Assembly (NCBI GenBank): GCA_963713865.1
Contig: OY970208.1
Span: 64,001 to 128,000 of the forward strand
DNA from: an uncultured candidate division Zixibacteria bacterium
GTDB taxonomy: Bacteria > Zixibacteria > MSB-5A5 > RBG-16-43-9
DNA: 64,000 nucleotides
Reading direction: 5' to 3'
Below, piece after piece: positions 28,793 to 38,224 of the stretch. The notes beneath the pieces were generated by a model. The model worked only from the letters and a program-made list of their open reading frames with translations. It ran no database searches and had not been told where the DNA came from. Position 1 is the stretch's first letter, and each line of letters starts with the position of its first letter. Both the position numbers and the translations under genes were made by a program.

Positions 28793-30541
28793 ATGTTCAT
28801 CACCTCTTCCATAATTTGTTCCTTGATTCCAGAGTTAAAGGAAAATTACCTTTTCTCTCAGATAAAAGGATTTAAACTCTCCCCTGATCAAAAAGAGCTT
28901 CTGATACTTATACGAAAAGAAAGAGAAGCGAAAACGCTGTTATTCTCAGCTGACCCTTCGCACTGCCGAATAGTTAGCTTAACCGAAGATGAATCCAGAC
29001 CTTTCCGGGGATGGGCTACAACCTCTTTGTTCTCCCGGGTTTTAGACAATACCATTTTGAATATCGAACAGGTGGATTTCGACCGGGTAATAAAGTTTTC
29101 CTGCCAGAAAGAAATTGAGTTGGAAAAAGTTGAGTACGAGATTTTCTTCGAGCTAACCGGAAGGAATGCTAATGCTATTTTGGTCCAGTCCTGCGATTCC
29201 AAATTCGGAATAAAATCGGGCATGATCCTGGATTCCTTGAAAAAAGTCAGACCTGCTCAAAGCCGGGTCCGGCAGATTTTGCCCGGGATAAAATATCTTC
29301 TTCCTCCTGCACCTAAAAAGCATAATCCTTTTAGCACCACAGAGGAACAGTTCAGAAAGATAATCCAGACCCATCCTGAAGAAAATTTAATTCAAATCTT
29401 AACCTCTCATTTTATGGGAATGGATGAGCTTACCGCCAGGAAAATTGAGGAGGAATCTCTAAATAGTTCCTCTTTAAAACCCCTTCCCCTGGATATCATC
29501 AGGAAAAACTTTCAATCGATCTTCAATCAAATATCTACGCATAAGATTTCACCTCATCTGATTTTGGATACTGCGGAAAGGCCGGTCGGAATATCCCTGT
29601 TCGATTTGAATTCTATCCCGGAATCACAAAAAACTCCTTTCTCCAGTCTGAATCAGGCTCTGAAGAAATTTTTCGCTCTGGAGATTGAAGAAAGTAAAGA
29701 AGTCACGAAGCTCCTGAATCTTTCCGGACTAATTCAAAAAGCAATTGAGAAGTGGAATAAAAGGGGGAAGAAATTAAAAGATGAACTTTCCTCCCTGCAG
29801 GAGGCTCAAGCTTATAAAAATTTTGGAGACCTGATCCTAAACCATCTCACCGAGATCAAAAGAGGGGTAGAATCCATAGAATTATCTGATTTCTCCACGC
29901 CTGAACACCAGAAAGTAAAGGTTGCACTTGACCCGTCTTTATCACCTAAGGAAAATGCGTTAGCTTATTATAAAAAATATCGAAAAGCCCAAACCGGACT
30001 TGAAAAGCTCAAAGAAATAATTGTCCAAACCGAGAATGAAATAAAATATCTCGAAAAAATAGTTATAGAACTGCAAGGAAAAGAAAAGCTCGACTATAAA
30101 AAGATCGAAGCGAAACTTTCCTCTTTTGGTTTACTTAAAGCGCCTGAGCCAAAAAGAAAAGAGAAGAAAAAAGGCAGATATGCTCTACGGGAATTCGTCT
30201 CCGCAGATGGCTGGAAGATCTTAGTGGGCAGGAATAACAGGGAAAACGACTTTTTGACCTTTAAAATAGCCCGGGCTGATGATTTGTGGTTTCACGCTCA
30301 GAACACACCTGGATCTCACGTGGTATTAAAAAAAGGGGAAAGAAAAAAACATCCAACGCCCAAAGCCATCCAGCAAGCTGCCTCTTTAGCCGCTTATTAC
30401 AGCAAGGCAAAAACGTCCAAAAAAGTCTCGGTGATTTATACCTTAGCCAAGTATGTGAAAAAGCCTAAAAACGCCCCGCCCGGCCTGGTCAAAGTGGAAA
30501 AGATGAAATCTATATTAATCGAGCCGAGATTGATAAAATAA
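28793..30541 (+). CDS. rqcH: NFACT/FbpA family ribosome quality control protein (RqcH/Rqc2-like)
   Basis: FDRVI, ELTGRNANAIL, ENALAYYKKY, GRNNREND, WFHAQNTPGSHV, AAYYSK. Confidence 0.88.
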   Translation: MFITSSIICSLIPELKENYLFSQIKGFKLSPDQKELLILIRKEREAKTLLFSADPSHCRIVSLTEDESRPFRGWATTSLFSRVLDNTILNIEQVDFDRVIKFSCQKEIELEKVEYEIFFELTGRNANAILVQSCDSKFGIKSGMILDSLKKVRPAQSRVRQILPGIKYLLPPAPKKHNPFSTTEEQFRKIIQTHPEENLIQILTSHFMGMDELTARKIEEESLNSSSLKPLPLDIIRKNFQSIFNQISTHKISPHLILDTAERPVGISLFDLNSIPESQKTPFSSLNQALKKFFALEIEESKEVTKLLNLSGLIQKAIEKWNKRGKKLKDELSSLQEAQAYKNFGDLILNHLTEIKRGVESIELSDFSTPEHQKVKVALDPSLSPKENALAYYKKYRKAQTGLEKLKEIIVQTENEIKYLEKIVIELQGKEKLDYKKIEAKLSSFGLLKAPEPKRKEKKKGRYALREFVSADGWKILVGRNNRENDFLTFKIARADDLWFHAQNTPGSHVVLKKGERKKHPTPKAIQQAASLAAYYSKAKTSKKVSVIYTLAKYVKKPKNAPPGLVKVEKMKSILIEPRLIK

Positions 30542-30549
30542 TTTCATGC

Positions 30550-31105
30550 TGTCATTGCGAGTCCTACGGACGAAGCAATCCCTTTACTATTAATTTTCGT
30601 AGTGCGACCCAGCTTACCCCACAGTGGGAGGAGTTTACGTAGCGTCGGGCTTTATGCCCGACGAAGAAATTCCGTCGGGGCAGGGAACCCGACAGTCACA
30701 AGAAGTTTGTAGAATTTGTAGAGACGCATAGAATGCGTCTCTCTTTTTTCCGCGTTAGGACAGAATCCGCCTCAGGCGAGATTCTGTCCCTACAAATATC
30801 CTACCTTGTGAGCAAGGCGGATATAACGATTCCCCTCCCTTGATGGGAGGGTGAAATAATCCCCCTCTCCTTAATCCTCTCCCACAAGGGGAGAGGAAAT
30901 ATACGCAGCGTCGGGCTTTATGCCCGACGAAGAAATTCCGTCGGGTCAGGGGACCCGACGGTCACATGAGTAGTGGTCGCTTTCATAGAGACGCATAGAA
31001 TGCGTCTCTACGAGAAATAAACCCACCTTGAGAGCAAGGTGGGATTACCGTATTGGTTCGGGAAATCCAATTCCCGAACCAACGCAAGGGCAAGGCAGGA
31101 TACCG
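30550..31105. repeat. Dense cluster of more than 12 REP-like hairpins with an internal 65-bp duplication
   Basis: Families A, B, C, D, E, H and I plus TTGGTTCGGGAA-TTCCCGAACCAA; 30636-30700 matches 30902-30966 with 4 mismatches. Confidence 0.85.
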
Positions 31106-33082
31106 CTATTCCAAACCTTTCAAAATATCCTCTGCTTTTTTCACATACTCCTCTTTACCCTGTTTCTTAAATAGCTCTTTTGCTTTCTCGAACTCCTTTT
31201 TTACCTTCTCTTTTTTCCCCATCACAATATAAAGTAAACCGAGGTTGTAATGTGCCTCTGCTAAATCCGGGTTAAGCTTAATAACGGTTCTGTATTCTTT
31301 TTCAGCCTCCGGGTAGTTCTTTAAATCATCAAGTAGAACGCCCAGATTGTTATGTGCATCTGTATAATTCGGGTTAAGCTTAATAGCGGCTCGATATTCT
31401 TTTTCAGCCTCCGGGTAGTTTTTCAAATCATCAAGTAGAACGCCCAGATTGTTGTGTGCGTCTGCATAATCCGGGTTAAGCTTAATAGCGGTTCGATATT
31501 CTTTCTCTGCCTCCGGGTAGTTCTTCAAATCATAAAGTAGAACGCCCAGATTGTAGTGTGCATCTGCATAATCCGGGTTAATCTTAATAGCGGCTCGATA
31601 TTCTTTTTCAGCCTCCGGGTAGTTTTTCAAATCTTTAAGTAGATTACCCAGATTATTGTGTGCGACTGCATAATCCGGGTTAAGCTTAATAGCGGTTCGA
31701 TATTCTTTTTCAGCCTCCGGGTAGTTCTTCAAATCAGAAAGTAGAACGCCCAGATTGTAGTGTGCATCTGCATCATCCGGGTTAAGCTTAATAACGGTTC
31801 GATATTCTTTTTCAGCCTCCGGGTAGCTTTTCAAATCTTTAAGCAGAATGCCCAGATTGTTGTGTGCCTCTTCTAAATCCGGGTTAATATTGATTGACTT
31901 TTGATAACAATCAATACCCTCGTTAAGATTTTTTCTGTAATAAAAACTATTACCTAAATAGAATAGATTCTCAGCATCTTTTAAATTAAACAATTCATCT
32001 TTCAATTCAATTAAAATTGAATCTGAAATAGAGTAATCGGTTATAAATTTATTATCTAAATAAGAATCGTGGGAAATATTTATATTGCTATCAGATTTTT
32101 GAATAAAACCGCTTTCCTGTAAAACCTTTAACCAGTTATCCCACTGGTATCTTTCACCTTTTAATCCAAAGATTTTACTCTTGGCAATATTTTTTAAAAG
32201 CTCTTCAGTCCAGCTATAAATTCTTGCTTCTCTCAGAAGTTTTAGGATATGCAGGATAGTCTTTGGCTCATCTTCTAAATCCTTATATCTTTTTTCCATC
32301 TGGTCTAAGCCTAAAACGATTGAGCCAGGTGTTCCGTCTGAGGTAACCTCCTCCCATTTCCTGCCAATCCCTTTTGCCAGCTCCTTTTCCTCTTTTTGGT
32401 CCAGGACTCTTGGCTCTACTTTGTTACTCTGGCATAAAGATAAAAGAATTTCCATCTCCTTCTGCCCGAAAACCTGCTCAAACTCTTTCCCGGTTCTGCA
32501 GGTGGCAAGGATTTTTAGCTCTTTAGAGTTTTTCCTTAAAACGGTAATCAGCTCATCCAAACCAAATCTACCTGCAAACTTTTCTAAATCATCCAAGAAT
32601 AAGATTATCTTCTTTGGTGAGAATAAATGTGGAAACTTGAGGTTTTGAATGTCGATTTTCTCATCAGTAGGTTTTAAGATATAAAAATCTTTGAATTTCT
32701 TGGCTACTTCAAAAGCACCCCTGGTCTTACCAATACGGGGCTTACCAGTTATAAAGGCAATCCCTTTCTCTTTTAATGATTTTTCAGCTTGAGTATCGCT
32801 TTCCCGGAGAATATAAGTCTCATAGTAGCTGTAGATTCCAAAATCAGAAGGTTCTAATTTAGAAATAGGCTCATAAACCTGAAAATTTTTCCTGAAGTCT
32901 TTTAATGTTTCCCTGTGCCAGCCATACAAACCAGGGAAGATGACTATCAAAACTAAGACCACGTATATCTCTGTAAGAAATGCCCAATAGTAAATGGGAA
33001 AATCCGGCAGGATGGTTGGCAAGAAAACAACTACAAGAGTCGGGAGGTAATATCTAACCAGTAAATTTAGAAAAGACTTCAC
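31106..33082 (-). CDS. Membrane-anchored P-loop (STAND-like) NTPase with C-terminal TPR array
   Basis: Two N-terminal hydrophobic helices, Walker A GKPRIGKT, Walker B IILFLDD, ILATCR sensor, about 8 TPRs. Confidence 0.8.
   Translation of the reverse strand: MKSFLNLLVRYYLPTLVVVFLPTILPDFPIYYWAFLTEIYVVLVLIVIFPGLYGWHRETLKDFRKNFQVYEPISKLEPSDFGIYSYYETYILRESDTQAEKSLKEKGIAFITGKPRIGKTRGAFEVAKKFKDFYILKPTDEKIDIQNLKFPHLFSPKKIILFLDDLEKFAGRFGLDELITVLRKNSKELKILATCRTGKEFEQVFGQKEMEILLSLCQSNKVEPRVLDQKEEKELAKGIGRKWEEVTSDGTPGSIVLGLDQMEKRYKDLEDEPKTILHILKLLREARIYSWTEELLKNIAKSKIFGLKGERYQWDNWLKVLQESGFIQKSDSNINISHDSYLDNKFITDYSISDSILIELKDELFNLKDAENLFYLGNSFYYRKNLNEGIDCYQKSININPDLEEAHNNLGILLKDLKSYPEAEKEYRTVIKLNPDDADAHYNLGVLLSDLKNYPEAEKEYRTAIKLNPDYAVAHNNLGNLLKDLKNYPEAEKEYRAAIKINPDYADAHYNLGVLLYDLKNYPEAEKEYRTAIKLNPDYADAHNNLGVLLDDLKNYPEAEKEYRAAIKLNPNYTDAHNNLGVLLDDLKNYPEAEKEYRTVIKLNPDLAEAHYNLGLLYIVMGKKEKVKKEFEKAKELFKKQGKEEYVKKAEDILKGLE
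31265..31885. repeat. Intragenic 102-bp tandem repeat (six near-identical TPR units)
   Basis: AT(C/T)CGGGTTAA recurs at 31265, 31367, 31469, 31571, 31673, 31775, 31877. Confidence 0.92.
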
Positions 33083-33123
33083 ACAATTCCCCTTTTTGTA
33101 AAATGGGTTTAAAAGATTTTAAT

Positions 33124-33145
33124 CTTTTTTGGTGGTTTTGTCAAG
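33124..33145 (-). promoter_or_regulatory. Putative sigma70 promoter of the STAND-TPR gene
   Basis: TTGACA-N17-TAAAAT on the minus strand (-35 at about 33140-33145; -10 just left of 33124). Confidence 0.5.
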
Positions 33146-33164
33146 TGATTTTAGGTGGGGGGTC

Positions 33165-33370
33165 GTAGTGGTTGCTTTCGTAGAGACGCATAGAATACAT
33201 CTCTTCTTTTTTCCGCGTTAGGACAGAATCCGCCTAAGGTGGATTCTGTCCCTACAAAAAATATCCCACCTTGTGGGCAAGGCGGGAATACATACTATTC
33301 ATATTTCGCAGCGCGACCTTCTCGGTACCACTAAAGCGAGGCTAATCCCGCCAACGGCGGGACGCACTAC
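33165..33370. repeat. Palindrome mosaic (A-I-E-H); direct copy of 30718-30820
   Basis: Shares the non-palindromic linker CTTTTTTCCGCGTTA with the copy on the other side of the TPR gene. Confidence 0.8.
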
Positions 33371-33379
33371 GAAATAATT

Positions 33380-34444
33380 CTACCCCTTCAAAAACTCCTC
33401 TACCTCTTTCATCAGAGTCTTCAAAATCTCTTTTTCCTTTACCTTCTTAATAACCTTACCCTTCCTGAAAATCAAACCAATCCCTCTTCCGCCAGCCACT
33501 CCCACGTCTGCTTCTCTTGCCTCACCGGGACCATTTACCACACATCCCATAACTGCAACTTTAACCGGTTCTTTAATCTTACCTAATTTCTTTTCCACCT
33601 GCTTGACGATAGTCAGTAAATCTATTTCCATTCTTCCACAGGTGGGGCAGGAAATAAGAGTCGGACCATATTCCCTTAAGTTCAGAGATTTCAAAATCTC
33701 ATATCCGACCCTGACCTCCTCAACTGGATCACCTGTCAGAGAAACTCTTATAGTATCACCTATGCCAAGAGAAAGAAGAGTTCCAATTCCTACTGCAGAT
33801 TTTATCGAGCCTGTTCTTATTGTTCCAACTTCGGTTACCCCTAAATGCAGAGGATAATTTCTTTTCTCTGAAAAAAGCTTATACGCTTCAATCGTTGTCG
33901 GCACATCTGAAGCTTTGAGAGAGACGACAATCTCCTGATAATCCATATCTTCCAGGATTTTAACCTGCTCCAGGGCAACTTCAACCATAGCTATTGGAGT
34001 TGCCTTTCCATATTTATTTAAAATAGACTTTGGAAGCGAAGCTGCATTTACCCCTATGCGTATAGGAATTTTCCTTTCCCTGGCAGATTTTACCACTTCT
34101 TTCACTTTCCATAAAGCACCTATCGTTCCGGGATTAATCCTCAGCTTATCCACACCAGAATCTAAGGCCATCAATGCCAGCCGGTAATCGAAATGAATAT
34201 CTGCTACCAGAGGGATTTTTGCCACATTTTTCATAATCGAGAGTGCTTCAGCCGCCTTTCTATCCAAAACCGCTAACCTGACTATCTCACATCCAGCCCT
34301 CTCCAGCCTTTTTATCTGTCTTAAAGTTGTCTTTACATCTCTGGTGTCAGTAGAACACATCGACTGAACCGAAATCCGGGCGCCACCTCCAATCGGCACT
34401 TTTCCTACATATACCCTTCTGGTCTTATCACGAGCGGTAAACAT
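33380..34444 (-). CDS. ispG: (E)-4-hydroxy-3-methylbut-2-enyl-diphosphate synthase
   Basis: VQSM, ADIHF, RINPG, GDTIRVSL, SCPTCGR, MGCVVNGPGEA; ATG at 34444 preferred because the TTG at 34480 coincides with a TTGACA box. Confidence 0.96.
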   Translation of the reverse strand: MFTARDKTRRVYVGKVPIGGGARISVQSMCSTDTRDVKTTLRQIKRLERAGCEIVRLAVLDRKAAEALSIMKNVAKIPLVADIHFDYRLALMALDSGVDKLRINPGTIGALWKVKEVVKSARERKIPIRIGVNAASLPKSILNKYGKATPIAMVEVALEQVKILEDMDYQEIVVSLKASDVPTTIEAYKLFSEKRNYPLHLGVTEVGTIRTGSIKSAVGIGTLLSLGIGDTIRVSLTGDPVEEVRVGYEILKSLNLREYGPTLISCPTCGRMEIDLLTIVKQVEKKLGKIKEPVKVAVMGCVVNGPGEAREADVGVAGGRGIGLIFRKGKVIKKVKEKEILKTLMKEVEEFLKG

Positions 34445-34655
34445 ATTATTTATAATTTCACTTAAATTTCTTTTTGTCAACTATTTTCTTGACATAAATT
34501 TTCTTCTTTCTAAATTGTATGAGAGATTGAAAAATGGTATTTGGAGTGCGAACCTTTAGGTTTGCCAATTATTTTTCAAAGTAAATTAAAGGTAAAGCTA
34601 AAGCTTTACACTCCATTTAGCCCTCATAAAAATTTTTGAAGGATACCGATAGCTA

Positions 34656-35006
34656 ATGTTTTCCAAATATAAGCTAATTTTCATTCTATCAATCATTATA
34701 ATCCTTGCAGTAATCATGTTTTTTGCTCTACACCATAGCGGAATGAGTGAGGATAAATTTATAGAAATCTATATCCAGCTTTCCATAGCTCAAGAAAAGT
34801 TCAGGGATAATCCGGAGAAATTAGTAGCTGAAAGGAAAAAGATTTTTTCTGAATATAAATTTTCTCGAAAAGAGATGGACCGATTTCTAAAATCTTATAA
34901 GAAAAATCCGGAAAAATGGGTTACACTCTGGGAGAGGATAAACCAGCATTTATCTGAATTAATTGAAAGTCAAAGAAACCCTCAATCTAAGGTAAAAGCA
35001 TTTTGA
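34656..35006 (+). CDS. Small membrane-anchored hypothetical protein (DUF4296-like)
   Basis: N-terminal TM helix, then MSEDKFIEIY...IFSEY...Y..NPEKW helical domain. Confidence 0.6.
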   Translation: MFSKYKLIFILSIIIILAVIMFFALHHSGMSEDKFIEIYIQLSIAQEKFRDNPEKLVAERKKIFSEYKFSRKEMDRFLKSYKKNPEKWVTLWERINQHLSELIESQRNPQSKVKAF

Positions 35007-35350
35007 ATATGCTCTAACATCTCCTTTCCCGAGCTTCTATCAATCGCTATCACGTCAAACCTGAAATCACAACCCGGGAACTGGTACTTTTGCAAAAAAG
35101 CAGTTGCCACTTCAGCAATCTTTTTCTGCTTTTTTAAATTAACCCATCCCTGCGGAGGCCCAAAGGATTTACTTTGACCTGCTTTGACTTCTATGAAAAC
35201 GATGTAATTTTTATCCCTGGCAATGATATCGATCTCTTTATGACCATACCGGTAATTGGTAAATAATATCTCAAACCCTTTGCTTTTGAGATATTCAACT
35301 GCCCTTTTCTCCCCGGATCTGCCTTTTTGAACAGTTCTTATTTTCTTCAA
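34982..35350 (-). CDS. YraN family (UPF0102) putative endonuclease
   Basis: GRSGE, NYR, EIDIIA, VFIEVK, RFDVIAI. Confidence 0.92.
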   Translation of the reverse strand: MKKIRTVQKGRSGEKRAVEYLKSKGFEILFTNYRYGHKEIDIIARDKNYIVFIEVKAGQSKSFGPPQGWVNLKKQKKIAEVATAFLQKYQFPGCDFRFDVIAIDRSSGKEMLEHIQNAFTLD

Positions 35351-36021
35351 TCGATTTTAAGAAATTCCTGTTTGACCAGGCATTCCATTACCCTTTTGAA
35401 AGACCTGCGGTGAATCTTACAGGGACCGCATTTCTGTAAGGCTTCTAAGTGTACCTTTGAGGAATATCCTTTATTCTGGTCAAAAGAAAACTGAGGATAT
35501 TTTCGGTGAAATTTTCTCATCAAGTTATCCCTCTCAACTTTAGCGATAATCGATGCCGCTGCACAGGATAATGAAAGGGAGTCACCCTTAACCACTGGTA
35601 ATTGTGGAAGTTTTAAATCAGGTATCTTCTGATTTCCGTCTATCAATATAAAATGAGGCGTATTTTTCATACATGAAACAGCTTTATGCATCGCTTTCAA
35701 GGAAGCTCTTAAGATATTCAGCTTATCTATTTCCTTTTCTTTGACAATTCCCACCCCGAAATCCAATGCACTCTCTTTTATCTTTTTATAAAGCTCCTCC
35801 CTTTTCTTGGGGGTAAGCTTTTTAGAATCATCGATCCCCGGAATATCTATATCCTCAGGAAATATTACGCAGGCTGCCACCACCGGACCAGCTAAAGGAC
35901 CCCTGCCTGCTTCATCCACACCTGCTACGAGCTTATACCCTTTACCCCAGAGCTCCTTTTCAAAAAAAAGCTTATCCTCTGCTTTTGCTTTCTTCGTATC
36001 AGTGGATTTGGGTGAGGACAT
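35347..36021 (-). CDS. rnhB: Ribonuclease HII
   Basis: GVDEAGRGPLAGPV, DSKKL, AAASIIAKV, HRRSF. Confidence 0.96.
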   Translation of the reverse strand: MSSPKSTDTKKAKAEDKLFFEKELWGKGYKLVAGVDEAGRGPLAGPVVAACVIFPEDIDIPGIDDSKKLTPKKREELYKKIKESALDFGVGIVKEKEIDKLNILRASLKAMHKAVSCMKNTPHFILIDGNQKIPDLKLPQLPVVKGDSLSLSCAAASIIAKVERDNLMRKFHRKYPQFSFDQNKGYSSKVHLEALQKCGPCKIHRRSFKRVMECLVKQEFLKID

Positions 36022-36024
36022 AAT

Positions 36025-37299
36025 TCACTCCTGAGTAACTATATAAATTTCTCTCTGAATAAACTTCTTGAAAAGGAATAAAGATATTACAAAACAGAAT
36101 AATGCTCCTATTCTTACAGCCCAGATAACCCCCAGGGTCTGTCCCAAAGTCCCGGCTAAAAAACTTCCTATGGGCATAGTTCCCATAAACATCATAGTGT
36201 AAAAACTCATAACCCTTCCCCTGAGCCTATCCGGGATAATCTCCTGCAATAAGGTGTTGGAAGTGCCAACCACTGAGATCATACCCCAGCCTGCACCCAT
36301 TAAAAAGATAAGTGATAAAAAGAAACTTCCGGATAAAGAGAAAAGAAAAAGAGCAATAAAGAAAACTATTATTCCAGCCTGCATATATTTCAGCTTCTCC
36401 TCTGCTTTTCTTGAAGCCAAACCCAAACCAGCAGTGATGGCACCGATACCAGCAGCAGACATAAGAAACCCTAAACCTGAGGCACCTGCTTTTAAGATAT
36501 CACGTGCGAAGACTGGCATTAAGACCGCATAGGAAAAACCAAAGATGCTCATAGATGAAACCATAAGGATCAAAGCTAATCCCCTTTTATTTCCTATCAT
36601 GTAGGAAACTCCCTCTTTGAAGCTAATCAAAAAAGAGCTGTTCTTAGACTGGGAAACCACATCTTTCATCCTCATCAGATTGAGTCCGATTATAACTGCA
36701 ATATAACTTAATCCGTTGATGAAAAAACAACCTGCCTCCCCGGTTAAGCTGATTAAAATTCCGGCAATGGCAGGACCTAAGATCCTGGCTCCGTTGAAAA
36801 TTGCGGAATTTAAGGCAATAGCATTCAAAAGGTCTTCTTTTCCAACCATCTCTTTGATAAAAGCCTGCCTGGTTGGAGCATCAAAAGCATTCACAAAACC
36901 TAAACATAAAGCTAAGAACATTACATGCCAAACCCTTACTAATCCTGTAAAAGTAAGAAATGCTAAGATAAAAGCTAAAATCATTGCACCCGTCTGGGTA
37001 AATATGATGAACTTCCGCTTTTTCACCCGATCAGCCAATACGCCTGCAGGCAGGGAGAAAAACAGAATGGGCAGACCTGCAAAAGCACTTACCGCTCCTA
37101 AGAGGAAAGGTGAATTGGTAATCCTAAAGACCAGCCAGCCCTGAGCCACATTCTGCATCCAGGTTCCGATCAAGGAGATCATCTGCCCGAACCAGAAAAG
37201 CCTGTAATTCCGGTGCCTTAAAGAACGAAAGGTCTGCCAGAACTTTCCCCTTTTATACTCTATAGGGATTTGCTCCGAACTTTTTTGGGTCTCGAACAT
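36025..37299 (-). CDS. MFS transporter (MFS_3/DUF894-like)
   Basis: NYRLFWFGQMISLIGTWMQ, about 12 TM helices, LRGRVMS. Confidence 0.9.
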   Translation of the reverse strand: MFETQKSSEQIPIEYKRGKFWQTFRSLRHRNYRLFWFGQMISLIGTWMQNVAQGWLVFRITNSPFLLGAVSAFAGLPILFFSLPAGVLADRVKKRKFIIFTQTGAMILAFILAFLTFTGLVRVWHVMFLALCLGFVNAFDAPTRQAFIKEMVGKEDLLNAIALNSAIFNGARILGPAIAGILISLTGEAGCFFINGLSYIAVIIGLNLMRMKDVVSQSKNSSFLISFKEGVSYMIGNKRGLALILMVSSMSIFGFSYAVLMPVFARDILKAGASGLGFLMSAAGIGAITAGLGLASRKAEEKLKYMQAGIIVFFIALFLFSLSGSFFLSLIFLMGAGWGMISVVGTSNTLLQEIIPDRLRGRVMSFYTMMFMGTMPIGSFLAGTLGQTLGVIWAVRIGALFCFVISLFLFKKFIQREIYIVTQE

Positions 37300-37321
37300 T
37301 TATCTCCATCATCACAGGTAT

Positions 37322-37775
37322 ACCCATGTTGCCTACAACATGGGTTCAATCCGACCTTTACGGGCAAGGCAGTATTACTAAGTGCTTTTCGTAGTGTGAC
37401 CCTGCTTGTCTCGCTGTAAGCGGGGTTAGGGTCGCTCAAAAGAGGCTAAAAGCCTCGCACTATATCTGGTAGGTCAGACAGGAATGTCTTACTTACCTAA
37501 AACCTTTTCAGGTTTTGTTAAATTATACAGGAAATATGAAGGGTTGTAAAGATATTTTTATTGCAGAGGCAATTCATGAATTGCCCCTACCTTCGGGTTT
37601 ATCTTTCCATCTTGAGGACAAAATGGGATTACAAAGAGGTGAAACAGACATTTTGTCTGTTCGTAGCGCGACCCTTTTCCTATTAACGGATCCGCAGGAC
37701 AGGGTCGCATTGCGAGGCTAATCCCGCCAACGGCGGGACGCGCTACGATGGATCAGACAGGATGTCTGACCTACC
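37322..37775. repeat. Palindrome mosaic (families J, E, H, F, G)
   Basis: ACCCATGTTG-CAACATGGGT 37322; H 37391-37463 and 37663-37746; F 37468-37497 and 37750-37775; G 37563-37590; E 37606-37628. Confidence 0.8.
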
Positions 37776-37786
37776 AAAATAAAGGT

Positions 37787-38152
37787 TTACTCTTTAACTT
37801 CCCCTTCTTCCTTTCCCCTCTCCTCTATCTTAGCTGCTTTTCCTTTCATCTTCCTCAGGTAGAAAAGCTTTGCTCTTCTCACCTTTCCCTCTTTTATCCG
37901 CTCTACACTGGAGACAAAAGGAGAATGCAAAGGGAAAACCCTTTCAACTCCTACACCGCTGGATAGTTTACGTACCGTAAAGGTCTGGGAAACCCCTTTT
38001 CCTCTCCTCTGTATTACCACACCTTCGAAGATCTGGGTTCTCTCTTTATCCCCTTCCTTGATCTTAACGTGAACTTTGACCGTATCCCCGGGACTGAAAT
38101 CGATTTTTTTCTCTTTTAGATATTTACCTTCAACTACTGAGAGTAAATCCAT
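37787..38152 (-). CDS. rplS: 50S ribosomal protein L19
   Basis: [38 protein letters not shown]. Confidence 0.98.
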   Translation of the reverse strand: MDLLSVVEGKYLKEKKIDFSPGDTVKVHVKIKEGDKERTQIFEGVVIQRRGKGVSQTFTVRKLSSGVGVERVFPLHSPFVSSVERIKEGKVRRAKLFYLRKMKGKAAKIEERGKEEGEVKE

Positions 38153-38224
38153 CTTGTTCCTCCTTCATTTCTAATAAATCGGCAAATGATTATCTATTCC
38201 ATACTTGCTTTATTATTACGAAAA

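Noticed and set aside
30550-31105. Possible CRISPR array
   Set aside because: No constant direct repeat with unique, equal-length spacers; no cas genes in the window
31265-31885. 102-bp repeats as a CRISPR array or DGR template/variable region
   Set aside because: Repeats are in-frame TPR codons, differences are not adenine-specific, and there is no reverse transcriptase nearby
37515-37966. ORFs 37515..37721 and 37748..37966
   Set aside because: Palindrome-derived or antisense to rplS
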